DNA of 63,781 nt, filler included, from Phoronis australis (taxonomy: Eukaryota; Animalia; Phoronida): NCBI GenBank assembly GCA_002633005.1. It is 8 parts of 8 records of this genome, joined end to end, with 100 filler letters (N's around TTAATTAATTAA, not from the genome) between each part and the next. Parts side by side here need not be neighbours in the genome. Positions count along the whole stretch, not along the records: positions 16,216 to 27,632 come from NMRA01001695.1; positions 27,733 to 40,390 come from NMRA01000372.1; 6 more parts are not named here. One strand, given 5' to 3'. This document shows positions 24,305-38,053 of the stretch, piece by piece. Numbering within the stretch: the first letter of the stretch is position 1; every line of letters begins with the position of its first letter. A program made the translations under genes and the position numbers. The notes under the pieces are model-generated. The model ran no database searches. It saw only the letters and a program-made list of their open reading frames with translations, and was not told the origin of the DNA.

Positions 24305-27181
24305 CTGGAGGGGACATTGTTAAATGTAAGTAATTGTCTATTTCACATGGATTGTAATCAATACACCTCAAAAGCTTTAAACAACATGCATCCCCAAGCA
24401 CTACCTCAGGAAGTAAGTTTTTCACATGAAACCTGGTCAGCTGAACTTCAAGGCAGCATGCGCAGTCGTGCAACTAGGTTTGAGTGTAGCAGTGGCCTCA
24501 GGTATCTCTCACCTCGAAATTTAACGCACTGAATTAGTTCTCGATGGTTCCCTGCGTGTACGCAAGGGGGAAGAGAACTGCAGGTATTATTTAATAGTCC
24601 TCGGTAAAATTGATACTCCAGCATTTTTGATTGACTTGTCTAACTGTGAACAGGACGAGCATCATACACAAACAAACGGGCATGACTGAAGGAAGAAGTA
24701 AAATGTGGAATCTACAGTTCGCAGTTTGATGTACAGACAACTCGGTGCTTAAAAGGAATATGTTCAAGACGTTATTGACACTGTAAACATCCACACTCCG
24801 CCATTTTTTCTTTGTTGTTAAGGGAATGACTGCTGAGATTACATCAACCAGTGATAGCGCGTGCATGAAGTTAACAGATACCTGCGTATCCCTTTCGGCC
24901 CTAGCGGATAGGCAGGTGAACTAGTTTTTCGTCTTGTGAAATCATTAAAATAAAACGTGGTCTGCACCATTCTTTAAAAAGGCACAGGTGTCAGGGTTGG
25001 ACTACATGAATTGACTGAAAAATCGTTGAATGAGCAATAGTGCTAAAATGCGCGTTGAAAAGGAATAGAATGATGGTAGTTTAAGAACTAAAAGTGCACG
25101 CTGATTAAACAAAACCACGCNTGATTTAAAACCTGTGCATTTTATAATAATTGAGAAGAGAAAATCTAAACTTGTGCCTGGTGTAGGCGACTTATGGTGT
25201 TGTTGGTCTGTTCTTAGTTTGTGTTTTAACCGTGGCTATGATCCTACAGCAACTATTAATGCACCCCAAACCAAAGATTAACCAGCCGATTTTTTTCCTG
25301 AAATATTTTGATATCCCATTCTGATACATTAACCCTGTATTGATGTTCTCTCATCTCTCATGTGCTTAGCATCTTGCTTCAATACTGTCAACCTAAATAT
25401 AATTTTAAAACCTCATTGTTCATTATAAAATTATAACTCATGCAAAATCAAATCACTCAGACTTTATTTTTGAGTCCGCAATTTCAAAATGCGCGTTGAA
25501 AAGGAATAGAATGATGGTAGTTTAAGAACTAAAAGTGCACGCTGATTAAACAAAACCACGCGTTCATGGAACAAAGGCTACGCATTGATTAAAGCTCGTT
25601 TCAAAGCGCAGAAACGTGCTCGTTAAAGAAACTTTTGGCTGTCCATAAGTGCAGATTGGAAATTATATCAACATTCTAAGTTACTCTACATCGTGGACTT
25701 TTGTAATGGCATCGGGAGATTGTGTTAGAGATGACACCTTTTATGGCAGGTCATTTCACCAGGAATTATTAGAGCTGCAAACGTAATTGACCGTCATGAG
25801 ACGCAGCGGTATTTGTATGTTATTATTTGATTTTGGACTGCTGTTTCGATGTTCTTGTCAGAAATGAAATACAATCCTAGCGGTAAAGAATATTGTGCCA
25901 GATCGAAGTTATTAGAGTAAAATGTCTTACTTGATATTGACATTAATGTTCAAGCATAACCAGTCGAAATGTACCATTATACATGTACAATAGCGGATGA
26001 AGGTATTAAAAGTATTTGCTCCCTTGAAACACCAGGAATGCATGTAATTGCCTTCCAAGCAATATTTGGAAACCTATGCCGATTATCATGGTCTATTGAT
26101 TGCTCTGATTCCAATGGGTTTGAATACAGTGTGATTATCTGCCCTACCCCGCCAACTAGAACAACAAGCACTGTTTTTCAACATGACAGTACAACCCAGC
26201 ATGACATTGATATTTATAGCGCACGTATTATGTAGTGGCATTGAATATAACCGACACCCTACATTGTATACACCAAGTTACCGCTGTGGCCCCGACTTTC
26301 GTCAACTTTTTGTTTCGTTCCCTTTTCATTATATGTCCGTCATGAGGTGTGTGGTCTAGCTCCGTCTGGCGATTTTTCAAGTTACTATACTAAACGCCTG
26401 AACCCTGTGCATAGGGTGGCATGGTTTACTAAAACGCTTATTTCTACCTGTATACATGAGATTTTCTTTTGGCGGTTTGATCTTAGCAATAATTATGAGG
26501 GCCAATATTGACAACATGGTCGAGATATCAACAATAACAACCAGAGTTATTAACAATGGTGAAATCCTCTGCGTATAACAAGTCTCATAAAATGTTTCAT
26601 TACTGTACCTTAGGGTATTTCTTTATTGGTTCCTCGATAAAAACATCGTAAGCAGTTTCTCCAGCCTGTAAAATAGGTATTTAAATTCATATTAAAATTG
26701 ACATTAAGTTTAAGTCAAAACTCCACTACACAAAACACGTGACCTCCATGCATATGTTTTATAGATACAGGTAAACTTCATACATTTTGCCGTTTGTGTG
26801 CAATATTTCATAGTTCGGAAGTTGAGACAAATCTTAGGCATAAGTCAAAAATAAACTTAAAACTGTTTCTTGGAGAGTCCAGGGTGTGAACCACTATATG
26901 TTCGTGTCATCCATTTTGATGAGTTGTAAACAAAGCGTATAAATCTGATAAGGATGTTGAAAATTGATTATCAGCTACAGAGTGATGTCAGCAACTGGAC
27001 NTTTGTGTAACATGCACGATTCTTAATGAGCAGTTATAAAGAAAAATGCTCTGCTGCTTTTGTCTTTAGCTTTTCATCCTTGAGTTTAAATGAAACTTGC
27101 GGAGTAAAATCAATTAATTATATTCTACTATATACTTCACAAAAAGTGACTAAGCTTTTATCTTTCCGATTCCGTTTACAG

Positions 27182-27241
27182 TTGTAAATCTTACAGATAG
27201 CATAGTTTGCCAACAAATTCTTCCTAAACGGGCCAAGAATT
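27182..27241 (+). CDS. Possible 60-nt exon upstream of the SEFIR exon
   Basis: Polypyrimidine tract plus tttacag| acceptor and T|GTATGG donor. Open phase-1/1 frame (VNLTDSIVCQQILPKRAKN) is compatible with the SEFIR exon, but it lies across a contig join. Confidence 0.3.
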
Positions 27242-28465
27242 GTATGGTGACACATGGCATACCTCCCCGCCACCTGGTGGTTTAGTAGCTGAGGCAGCTA
27301 TGTTACACATCCAGCAGAATTAATGGGAAAAATAATGTGGCAATATTTTACAATAACGTTAGGTTGCAAGTCACATTTCTTGTCTTATTTTGAAAATTAC
27401 AAAACCTGACCACGTACAATTTTTACGAACTATTCCGCTGCTATTTAAGCACTGTCAAAACGAACATTTTTGTCGCCACCAGTGTGTTAGTGACGAGTCT
27501 AATTATCTAGTGACTGATAACATCATCAGGCTGTGGCGTCCAGGCCGATGTAACTGCCTGCAACTGCATTGCGTCTTTGATCTGATCTTCAGACTTTATG
27601 TTACATACACCGGTCGAGTCGCCCAACCTCGCNNNNNNNNNNNNNNNNNNNNNNNNNNNNNNNNNNNNNNNNNNNNTTAATTAATTAANNNNNNNNNNNN
27701 NNNNNNNNNNNNNNNNNNNNNNNNNNNNNNNNTTAGTCCCAGGGAGTGCATAGGATCAGGCTATGCTTGATTTTAATATTCTTGATCAACAAATTAAACC
27801 AGATGTGACTAATTGCACATGACAGCCACCACTGTCGAATATGTCTTCAACTCGTCAACAATACGAGCAGATGACCTGGTCCGCGTAGAAAGTATTTTGA
27901 TCAACAATTTACAAGAAAACAGTAACCCTGCATTCAGCATAATACCTAATCCGTAACACTACGATCGCCGCAATTTGGCCATATTTACTTTTCATGTTTC
28001 GAACCTAGTTTTCCGAGAAAAATTAAACCCTTTCGTCAGACAACTCTTTGATGCCTTAACTTGTTATCTAATGTAATTTTCTACGTCTGTGTGGTTTAAT
28101 TGTTGACACATTATTAAAATTCAATATCCAGGTTGGACTCGAAAGACCGGCTATTTAACTCACGCAATGTCTACTTTCGCTTTGTTTATCGCAGTGAGCC
28201 TCGCTTTGGATTTTAATGTCTGCCGCGTGAATAGAGTCTATACATGTATATCTCAGTGTTTTGCTACATAGCTGCACGCCTGAAGGTAGAAGCTTGTTTA
28301 GAGACTACGGGCGAGTATGTATTTTAAAAGCTTTGAAACAAAAGTACAGTGTCTTCAACTCTTTTGTTGAAGAAATAACAACTGTTGCAAAAAATATTTT
28401 TTGCTACAAAATTACGTAACTAAGATATACAGAACAATTTATTTGCTCATAATTCTTGATTTCAG

Positions 28466-29319
28466 GCCCATTACTGAACACAGTGCGAGTATTTATTCTT
28501 TACAGTCCTGATAACGCTTATCACGAGAAAGTAGTCACACTGTTTGCTACGTTCCTGCAAAAACATGGAGCATGTGACGTCCGCCTTGACCGGTGGTTTC
28601 AAGATGAGATACGAAGCAAGACGAAGCTTGATTGGTTGCAAGAGGAAATCACGTGTGCTGATAAGGTCATCGTCGTTAATAGTGAAGGTTCTTATCGGAG
28701 ATGGGAAGCCATGAAAGAGCGAAAGGTTTATCTGACGTACGAGAAATCCAATATACCAACTGACACGTTTCTTATAGGTACCCGAGTTCTCAACGAACAT
28801 TTACAGAGTCCCGCCGTTGATCTGAAACGATTTATTTCGGTTCGTTTTGAGTACACCAAAAAGGAATTTGAAATACCGACACTGTGCGTTGGATTGTGCA
28901 AATATGAACTGATGAGCAGTTTTGATGAATTGTACTTCCACCTTCACTCCATGAACAGCAAACCTGGCTTGAAAGGAGACGATGATGTTACTGCAGGAAG
29001 AGGCTACCAAAATTTTTCTTCCGAAGGTCACGAACTCCATGAATCTATTGTAGCCATGGTCAATTTTGTAAACGAGTTCCCACACTGGTTTGTAGAAAAT
29101 CATGGGGAACCAATACCTTGGGCACGTGACGCACAAGCAGAAAGATTTGCGCACGCAAAAGCTTCGGGTGTGGATAAAACGTGGAACGATGCTTCGAGTG
29201 TATTGTCAGACGATTGTATCACTCTTTTTACGGATGAGATTTTCGTAGATAGCGAAAACCGGGGTGAGACTGGTGCTCACTCAAATCGCTTACTTAGTCA
29301 GCAGAGCATTGCCGTGTAA
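28466..29319 (+). CDS. IL17R: Interleukin-17 receptor-like protein (IL17RD/Sef-like), terminal exon with SEFIR domain
   Basis: VFILYSPDNAYHEKVV..FATFLQ..CDVRLDRW..DWL..ADKVIVVNSEG..DTF..FISVRFEY..KYELMSSFDELYFHLH is a SEFIR pattern. GHELHESIVAMVNFVNEFPHWF resembles the IL17RD post-SEFIR segment. gatttcag| acceptor. Confidence 0.9.
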
Positions 29320-29843
29320 CTTTGATTCCTTGCGATAGCATTTACTCTTTATCTTAAAATCACTTTAAAACGCGATTTCCTTTATTTTCACCAGTTTAGA
29401 CCACAGAACGGGCTTCATCAATCATCAAAAACCATTGAAATTGGAAAGTCTTGTAATTACAATCTTTGGTGTATTTCCGTTTCTGCTCGTAAAAAGGAGT
29501 TCAACAATGGCGACCATTTTGTTGTTGCACCGCCAGAAATTCCAAAAATATTTCATGATTTTCGTATTTAATTTTGGTTGTTTGAAAATATCTGAAAATG
29601 CATCAATTCGAAATATGTTAAAACTAGGTTAAGTTGTTGAAGCCAAATCTGTGTTTTAAACAAAAGAGAAGCAGGAAGATTATCTTCAAAACGTCATCAT
29701 AAAAGACTTTAGGTCAATTTGGTTGCGAGTAGGCCTATTCTCACTACGGTAATCATGTTTTAGAAACAAGAGAAGAAATTGAATGTGCACGTTGATGTAG
29801 ATTCCTACGGTGACCATCTCTTTTGTGTTGCCGTTGTTACTTC

Positions 29844-30110
29844 CTACATGTGGTTTACACGTGGATTATAGTACAAATTCTTTCTTATGCCATACTGCCG
29901 AAGAACCTGTGTTGTTTGTTCGTCTTGGCAGGAAAATAACAAGTCTATAGCAATTTCAATCCCTCCAGTTCTTCTGGACCACACCGGTATTCGATATGTG
30001 ACCCTCACTGGTACCTCTCTTCCCATATCCAACTATCTGTAAACTATCCTGGAATATTCCTTCGCAAGATGACCAACCATTTCATTTGCATGGGTGATTT
30101 TGACAGAAGA
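29844..30110 (-). pseudogene. HIRAN-like domain relic (TE-associated type)
   Basis: SVKITHANEMVGHLAKEYSRIVYR*LDMGREVPVRVT..WSRRTGGIEIAIDLLF resembles the VGHLPREISR..GGLEIP pattern. One internal stop. Confidence 0.6.
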
Positions 30111-31529
30111 AAAGTGAAGTGGTCGACTTCGACTCGAACTCCGAATCCACGTCGATCAATTAGTCTTCAGACGCAGACAGCGAATTAGACACGGTAGATT
30201 CGAATTAGACGTGAAACCAATGTCACGATAGTAGACAGTCAGGTTGAACAATCACGAATCGATTGAAGTTAAAACGTTGTTATAGTAGGTAGTTAAGTAT
30301 ATTTTTAGATGAGGAGATAAACCAAGTGTTATTTTATACGTAAGTCGTTCTTGAAAATGAAGCTTGTAATGAGTTTTAAAACTGTGTATGCTTAGAATTT
30401 AACTGTTCCTGTACTAACCCAGAGTGTCACTAACGCCACATGCTGTGTGAAATAAATTACATCTAGTGTATTTTTAAAAACCTTTCAATGTGTACCTATA
30501 AATGGAGCACCGCCTGAACTTTAAGCACATGCGCCTATATGAGGGAACTTTGAGTGAAACGATCTTGCGAAAAAAATGCGGAAACAAGAACGCTTAGACC
30601 TACAGTACAACTGCTTGGCCCTGTCAGGAAACTCTAAAAATTTGCCGAGGTAGAGGACAATATAAAAATATTTGCGTTACGTTTGCCACACATCGAATGT
30701 TATAACTTTATAACTGTCTATTGCAAGTACACGTAGGTTATTAGGAATAACACTTGAATTCGAAAAACATGTCTCCCATTCAGAGTCTTTATTTTTGTTA
30801 TTGCGATGCCAGGCGTAGTGTATAAGTGATATGACGGCACTGGTCGTGTTGTAGGATCAATTGTAGCATACAGTTCCGTGAGATACCCTCAAGCAACTTT
30901 GCAGGAATTTACAGAAAAATTCATAGACAATTATTGCTTGAAATGGTTATTTATTGTTATACTGCATACATCACGACTGTTCATAGTTTCATGGATGGAT
31001 TTGTAATAATTACGCACACGTGTAACTATGAACCTAATAAGTTATTACTAATTAAACATTACCATAAAATACATTGATGAAACGTTACACTACAGTATTA
31101 CACTGGGATAATATGACAGGAGTTGTAAACCTCATAAAACGGATATGAAAGCAAGTTAATTCATTTGAAACTGGTGTCCAAATAATGTTTATTCAAGACA
31201 ACTCCGAATGGATTTAAAATGCTTTTTAGTTTAAGCTTTATTTTGGTGGTGCACCAACACATAAAAAGGCCGCCGTAGGGAGTGATGGCTGAGTCGTGCA
31301 TTATGGGTACTTACTTCACTGCCGCCATATGTAATGAGGTTTTGGCGGAAACCCCGCCCATTGGCGGAAACCCCGCCCATTTCTTAAGAAATATGGCCAA
31401 CATATACACGGCTGAAATTTAAGAAATGTTGAGTATTTAAGAAACTCATTTTGTGTTCTAAATTTGTGAGTGTAACAGTTAAGGGGAACATGTATATAAT
31501 AAGATACTTAAAATACACGAAGCTTTAAG

Positions 31530-31898
31530 TTAGCTATCAATAGACGAAATAAGCCTGACAGCATGTAAAGGTCTCATCCCCAGCTCTTCAACCATGATTT
31601 CCTTGTCTAAGTGCAGTAACATGCTGCCGTCTATTATTTCGGAACCGAACTTATCACAATACTGCTGAAGTCCAAGAGAAGTCAAGAGATCGCACACTTG
31701 GCTCACAGTCATGGATCGAATCTTCCCAGGGCCAGTGCTATGCGGAACACACACGCCCAGATCCTCGTAACTCGGAGGAAGTAACGTCTCGCCAGAAGGC
31801 AGCTGCGAGTAAAGGACATCTGGGTTTCTGTCCGCATCCACCGAGTTCTGGAGTCTAGTTATGGTGCGCCTTAGTTCAACGTGGGTATTCTCCAACTC
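31530..31898 (-). CDS. SAM-domain adaptor (GAREM-like C-terminus), last exon
   Basis: MTVSQVCDLLTSLGLQQYCDKFGSEIIDGSMLLHLDKEIMVEELGMRPLHAVRLISSI is a SAM domain. Phase-0 acceptor tttactcgaacag|GAG. PPSY motif. Confidence 0.85.
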   Translation of the reverse strand, partial: ELENTHVELRRTITRLQNSVDADRNPDVLYSQLPSGETLLPPSYEDLGVCVPHSTGPGKIRSMTVSQVCDLLTSLGLQQYCDKFGSEIIDGSMLLHLDKEIMVEELGMRPLHAVRLISSIDS

Positions 31899-32946
31899 CT
31901 GTTCGAGTAAATAGGGTACCATCACTTGAGGTACATGTACATCTATGTGTTGAATGTGAATAGTAAAATATTCACATTTAGAGAGTTCATGTTTATCGAA
32001 AGTGACTTCAGACTTAATTCAGAAACTTGATGTTACGCTCCACACAGTTATTTAGGATAAATAATTAATTTGCAATCGACCAAAAGGGCAAAGTCTTTTT
32101 TCTGATAGTTACCGAGACAACTCTTATGTGTTAAATAGTCTGTGATGTGCTTATAACCATTTAACTAAACAGCTTTTTAAAGAAATTGTGAAGTGACAAG
32201 GCAAGATCAAATTTCTACTTTAAGTCTCGAGTCACTTTTGTAAAACAGACCCCTGGGGCCCATTTCATGAAACTTTTTCTGTCTTAATTTAACCGAAATC
32301 GGGCTAACTTCAGATCACAATGTCCCGATGCCTGAAAACTTTAAGGCTAAAATTCATATCAAAATCGCTCTAAGCAAAGACCGGAAGTTAGCCTGCTACG
32401 TCGTAGACTTAAGCTTAGACTTCAGGTCTAAATCACCAAAAGTTTGCACTAATCACACTGTGAACTTTTGAGGAAAAAATTTCGTTGATATTTTTGCAGT
32501 CTCAATGTCCCTAAACAATATCAAGTTGAAGATCTGCTTTCGACACGAGAAACGGCAAACGCTGCAGAGACAATACAATAAGACTAATGGGCACATTCGA
32601 AATGAAATTTTGCAGCCAGGGTTTTTCTTCAGCAAACAAGATTCCAGTTGTATCCAAAATTTTGATAAATGCCCAAAGGCATTAAGAATTTCAAGATCAC
32701 GAATATTCGGTAAACCTTTTCCCCACATCGACTCGCTTAGTTTTGTGAATTCGCAACCGAACTCGTAGTTTGTATTTTCATTTATGTCACAAATTTCTGT
32801 CCAAGTTAAGCCTGATGACCAAAATCCGATTTTGTGTTCATGATACGTCTTTTCTGTGGAAATTCATCCTGGGTCTTAACTTCGCCCAAATTTTGGTCTT
32901 AACTTAGACAAACTTTTGGTCAACACGGAAGGTCGACATTACCCAC

Positions 32947-33006
32947 CTGGCATTTGATCTTATATTTTTCAAGCATCCCAATTTCTTCTTTAAGGCCGTA
33001 AATCAT
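32947..33006 (-). CDS. SAM adaptor, internal exon (coiled coil)
   Basis: tttttcag|..CAG|GTGGGT, open only in phase 0: MIYGLKEEIGMLEKYKIKCQ. Confidence 0.7.
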
Positions 33007-33810
33007 CTGAAAAATATGAGACGAAATGCACATTTATGCAAGGACGATAATACAGTGTAGGTGCCGTGTTCTGTCAATCAATGGGAGAACGTGGTCGGCG
33101 ATACTTACATCTACAGCTATTACCGAGAACTTCAAAAAACAGATTCGCCTACAGAACCAACATTTATGACCTAAGCCAACACACTATGGTGTGTTACATG
33201 CATGTGAGAAAATGCAACTAATATAGGACACAACGTGGCGTACGATTTCATTTTCTCGTTTTTAACATAACGGAAAATTAACAGTTCTGTACTAAAGCTA
33301 TCATCATACAATATTTTGAAAAAATAGGTTTTTACAATTATAAGCAATGACCTTCAAAAAGGAGCAATTTTGTTTTCGACATTGGTGAGATTTTACCGTA
33401 CATACTGTATATCGGAATCGGACATATTATCTCCACATGCGGTCCATTAAGAAAAAAACTAAGTACTTTATGTTTCAATATCGGACATCAAAAGGAATTC
33501 CGTGTGACTATTGTTGATTTTGATTGCTGGTCTTAATATTTTCTGCTTCCCTTTCTCGTAAATTGCTTCTTTGTCAATCTATGGATTCGAGAAATGTGAT
33601 TAATTAAGAAGTAATAATTTATTTGCATATTTAAGACTCAGGTTCCTTAGCATTAAAAAATAAATATGCCTACGGCACAGGATTACTTGAAATCCTCAGT
33701 GAGACACATACGGCTGAAATTAGGCCGTGTTGCTTCTGTGTTTGATGGCGACAGTCCTCACTGACTCTCGTTTTTGTGATAATACGAAATGTATCTGAAA
33801 GGTGTCTCAC

Positions 33811-33874
33811 CTTTTCTTTCTTTGTAAGTGTCTCTTTAAGTACATCGGCTATCACTTTGTAATCCGGGACGCCA
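33811..33874 (-). CDS. SAM adaptor, internal exon
   Basis: ctactttcag|..AAG|GTGAGA, phase 2 to 0: GVPDYKVIADVLKETLTKKEK. Confidence 0.7.
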
Positions 33875-36035
33875 CTGAAAGTAGAAGTCATTAATTATCA
33901 ATTAATTGTTTGTCATTTGTACCGTCGCCATTGTCATTATTCTCATCCTTGTAATTTTGCTTCCCGAGTTCCGTCGACTTTGTTCGGTAAGTAAATTGGA
34001 ATGGCTTCAAAAAGTTGAGCCATACGTTTCACGGGACACCTGTTCCCGACGTTTCAGATTGATATCCGTAAGAACTGCAAGACTGCCCTGATTCATGACA
34101 TTTGCAATGACGACCTGTCCACACTACACTCTTTCACAGTGCTATATACGAAAGGAAGCACTTTGGAATGCTGTTTATCATGTGAAATCGACGTCATAAC
34201 ATTCAGCCATTCCGATTGGTGGAAATCTGGGAAACCCTTCCAGTTTGCTGTTACGTAGTTTGGCGACGACCCCCGGCTTGAATATTTGCAATTTATTTAA
34301 ACGGGCAGTGATCGAAATAAACAAAATTAAGGCAAGCCCGATTCCATTACTTAAGCCCAAACAACTACAGAGCTTAAAGGCGTGGGCAAGTGGTGACAAT
34401 GTGATCGATAAACTTCCGACCAAGCATGCGCATTGAAGTCGTTCATCATGTGTCCACTGGGTCACTTTTCAGTATAGGTAGCGCTATATCAGAGGGTTTG
34501 TCTTCACATGCCCATTCGTTATCTTCCGTACGTCGTTATCCTGTCGTTGTCGTACAAGTACATGTATATAAAGACGAACTTGTACAATACATTTCCTGAG
34601 CAAGTCATGTTTTGGAATAAATTGGACGCTTTATTCGAATTCCTCTAACTTTAAAGCTATAGATACTCATTGTGGTCTTGAGAATCATACCTATCGCATT
34701 TCCCGTTCATTTCAATCAAAGCACGCCTGTTTAAGTTTTCGAGTTTTTACACCGCTCTCTGACTGGGTGACATGTCATTGTGAGATTGAATTGATGTCAC
34801 ACTTGTTTACAAATCACGTGAGCGTCAACTTCCGAATTTCAGGATCACTCAACCAATCTTGAGCTAAGGTAAAGGAGAGGTTTAAGAGTTTTCAGACATA
34901 AATAGATCTAGTAAATTAAAGCAGTCGTTTTTCGATACATAACCATCTTTATATTAGGAATCCCAAAAAGAACAAGATCGCTTGCTAAATCGCGGAATTC
35001 CATGTTTATTCTTGTATTCCAAGTTTACACACGGCATCTCCACCAACCAACCAGAACAATAGCAAAGTGTTGCACATAAATTTTTTTCTCACTACCAAAT
35101 GCGTTTAACAACACATGTTCGTGCACAAAACGTACCGAGAGTGGCGTAGATGAAGCATTATTCCTTCGGTATCGGTCGATACGCGGAAGAATATCTCGTG
35201 GGATATTACTTCAAGTACGCCAATCAAGGTACGTTAAGTATTTTTCCCATACGCTTCGAATTTTTAAGATATTTTTTCATTTTTTCGGCAGATTTTTAAA
35301 TACTTCACAAAGACTGTTCAGGTGGCGGACCACATCCTAGATGTATTTTTAAATAATACGATTTATTACTTGAAAAGAAATAGCAAAGATGAAAACAACG
35401 GCAACTATGCAATGAACTTGTAACATCTCTTGAAAATAGTTAAATAATAACAATAATTGCTTCTGTAGTTATCGAGGAACCGGCGCCTGAGTTGCAGACG
35501 ATAATATTTAGCAATTAAAAACTGAGACACAAGTGTCATATAATTAACAGTTCTTTTGCAGATGTAACAATTGAGACCTGGTTGCACGTTGGGTGTTATT
35601 TACACTGCTGCAATTGTATTACTTTAAACTATTTTCGGAAAATTTGATGGTCAAACCGGCTAAGGACGTCGAGTCGACATTGACCTACCTTTTGAACTTT
35701 CCATGTCAGGGGTCACTGATGAAAAGGTGCGGGAGGTGAAAACATTTTTACATGGCCGTATTGTACTCGACTGATTCAACGCGTATGGGATAAAATTTAA
35801 TATGGCTCGGTAAAGTTAACATATTCTTATTCTAAAAACTTAGCTAAGCTCTGCTATTGTTTATTATCTGGAAACCAGGTGACCAAAGAAACAAAACGTG
35901 GGAGATAACTTCTCAGGAACTTCAATACACTGCAGGCACCGCCCCGCCTCCTACCGGCCGGTAAAACAGAACCAAAGGAGAAGTGTTGTACCTGTCTTTG
36001 ATATGCATATAATACAGGGGTTATACTAATTTTAC

Positions 36036-36117
36036 CTTGGCTGCTTCTGCAGATCTCCAATTGTCAAATATTCGTAGGTGTCGCTGTCATCTCTGGCGTC
36101 GAGCTTCACAGGACTGG
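36036..36117 (-). CDS. SAM adaptor, internal exon with an acidic Tyr motif
   Basis: aaatttcag|..AG|GTAAAA, phase 1 to 2: SPVKLDARDDSDTYEYLTIGDLQKQP. Confidence 0.7.
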
Positions 36118-36428
36118 CTGAAATTTAATGACGAAATACCAAGACGCAGACGACACAGAAACGATGACAATAGTTAACACCACGGTAGTATAACAGTGCT
36201 AATACCATAACCGTATTACAACAGTAATGCCACTTATAGGATGATAACGCCAACGACACTACGAGATTACAGTAACGTTTCCACTGAGCTGCCCTACCAC
36301 GATATCATGCGCGCACCCAAAATGGCTCGCGTAGGGGAGATTCGAACGAGTCCCCCCGTTTGGCGAAGTGGGCAAAAAGGTCCGTGCTCGCCAAAACGAA
36401 TATTTGAGCCTACAACGCCATAGTGTCT

Positions 36429-37263
36429 CAGTGGCGGATCTAGGATATCACAAGGGGGGGGCAACTTTTTGTCCAGCTGTAAGCATTTGCGCAAACTGAA
36501 CCACGATTGTAGATGCGCATAGCACCGAAGTGGGGGGAGGTCGGGAGGGGGTTTTGCCCCCCTCCGCCCAAGAAAATATTCTGTTTTTACCTCTAAAAAT
36601 CAAGCATTTTCCTTGATTCCTGAAGACAAAAGAGACAAAAAAGAAAAAAAAACGGAGAACGTGTCGAACAGAAAAAACTTCAAGAACCTAAAACTCGAAC
36701 TCACGACCTGGAGAATATAGCACGCGTGCGTTACCACTACACCACCACAACTTAACTACTAATCTTTTTCTAAGAGACCTGCTTATTTATGGTCCACAGC
36801 GTTTGAGCGCGAAACCTACTTCTTTTTGTAATGCTTATTACACGTTTTATATTTTCTGCCATCAATTNNNNNNNNNNNNNNNNNNNNNNNNNNNNNNNNN
36901 NNNNNNNNNNNNNNNNNNNNNNNNNNNNNNNNNNNNNNNNNNNNNNNNNNNNNNNNNNNNNNNNNNNNNNNNNNNNNNNNNNNNNNNNNNNNNNNNNNNN
37001 NNNNNNNNNNNNNNNNNNNNNNNNNNNNNNNNNNNNNNNNNNNNNNNNNNNNNNNNNNNNNNNNNNNNNNNNNNNNNNNNNNNNNNNNNNNNAACACTAA
37101 AACTGCACACATTTAAATATTTTTTTCATCCGTATAATTTTAATTACCGAGGTTAATTAATAAACTCAACATTTCCCTACGCTCTTACTGTTTTATTTTT
37201 TTGCCGCAGCCAAGGGGGGGGGGGGGCCCGGGCCCACTGGGCCCCCCCCTAAATCCGCCTATG
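36429..37263. mobile_element. hAT-like non-autonomous element with CA(G/T)(T/A)GGCGGAT ends, spanning a gap
   Basis: CAGTGGCGGATCTAGG at the left and CCTAAATCCGCCTATG at the right, with TGTCT flanking both sides. Related ends at ~2335-2371 and ~62692-62850. Confidence 0.5.
36690..36750 (-). other. tRNA-derived (SINE-head-like) sequence with Pol III A and B boxes; not a functional tRNA
   Basis: TGGTGTAGTGGTAA (A box) and GGTCGTGAGTTCGAGT (B box). No intact cloverleaf. Confidence 0.55.
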
Positions 37264-38053
37264 TGTCTTAACCAATAAGTCACCAAACACGCGGATGCAA
37301 GTTGCCAGGCAACTTTTCTGCAGTTCAAGACAGATAAGAGTAAACATTACATAGAGCTGTCACTAAGAAGCGCAATTTACCAAATACCTTTTAGTAATGG
37401 TTTGAGGCTAGAGCTCAGCGGAAATTCAGAATTATCTAGACCCGTTCAATATGTCATTTGTGCAAAAATACGTCAGTTTAATGACGTGACAGATTTTTTT
37501 AAAGTATGGTCACACCACATTGGTTGATTACGTAGGTGTTATTTTTGTGCAAGCTGTGTGTTACTACGTGTATTCATACACATAATTATTGTTTTATGAA
37601 CTGCAAATAAAGTTTTAAGAAAACATCAAGAATCGTGGCCCTTGTTGAGAATAGCATGCGCGTACTTAAGCAAAAAAAATCTCAAGAACGGTCTCGACAG
37701 TTGTGGTCTTGTTTACCGAAATCGCGGCATAATTAGTTATGCAGGTTTTGGAGACTAAACATACAATTTTCTTGAAAGAGCATCGATATCCAAGAAATGA
37801 ACATGTATGTGTTTAAGAAATTCCTGACAATTGGATATAAATGTTGCAGGGATGTTAGACCTTGATATCAGAAATAACTTGTCAGTTAATTTAGAGCCGG
37901 AAGCTGCGCAATATAAGTCAAATTTTCTGACTATTTTGTACTTCAAACTATTTTTCACCATAGGACAAAACTCTCATTATATATACCTTATGAATGTCTC
38001 GCTGAACTCTACATTCATGCATTAAAATTGATTAGAAGTATGTGGAAGCCTGT

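Noticed and set aside
25044-25560. ~77-bp direct repeat at 25044-25120 / 25485-25561, and a similar ~40-bp one at ~3852 / 4530
   Set aside because: Each lies next to a single-n join, so they are probably overlapping contig ends.
25969-26235. Cys-containing ORF as an IL-17R ectodomain exon
   Set aside because: Bounded by in-frame stops, with no good splice sites or recognisable domain.
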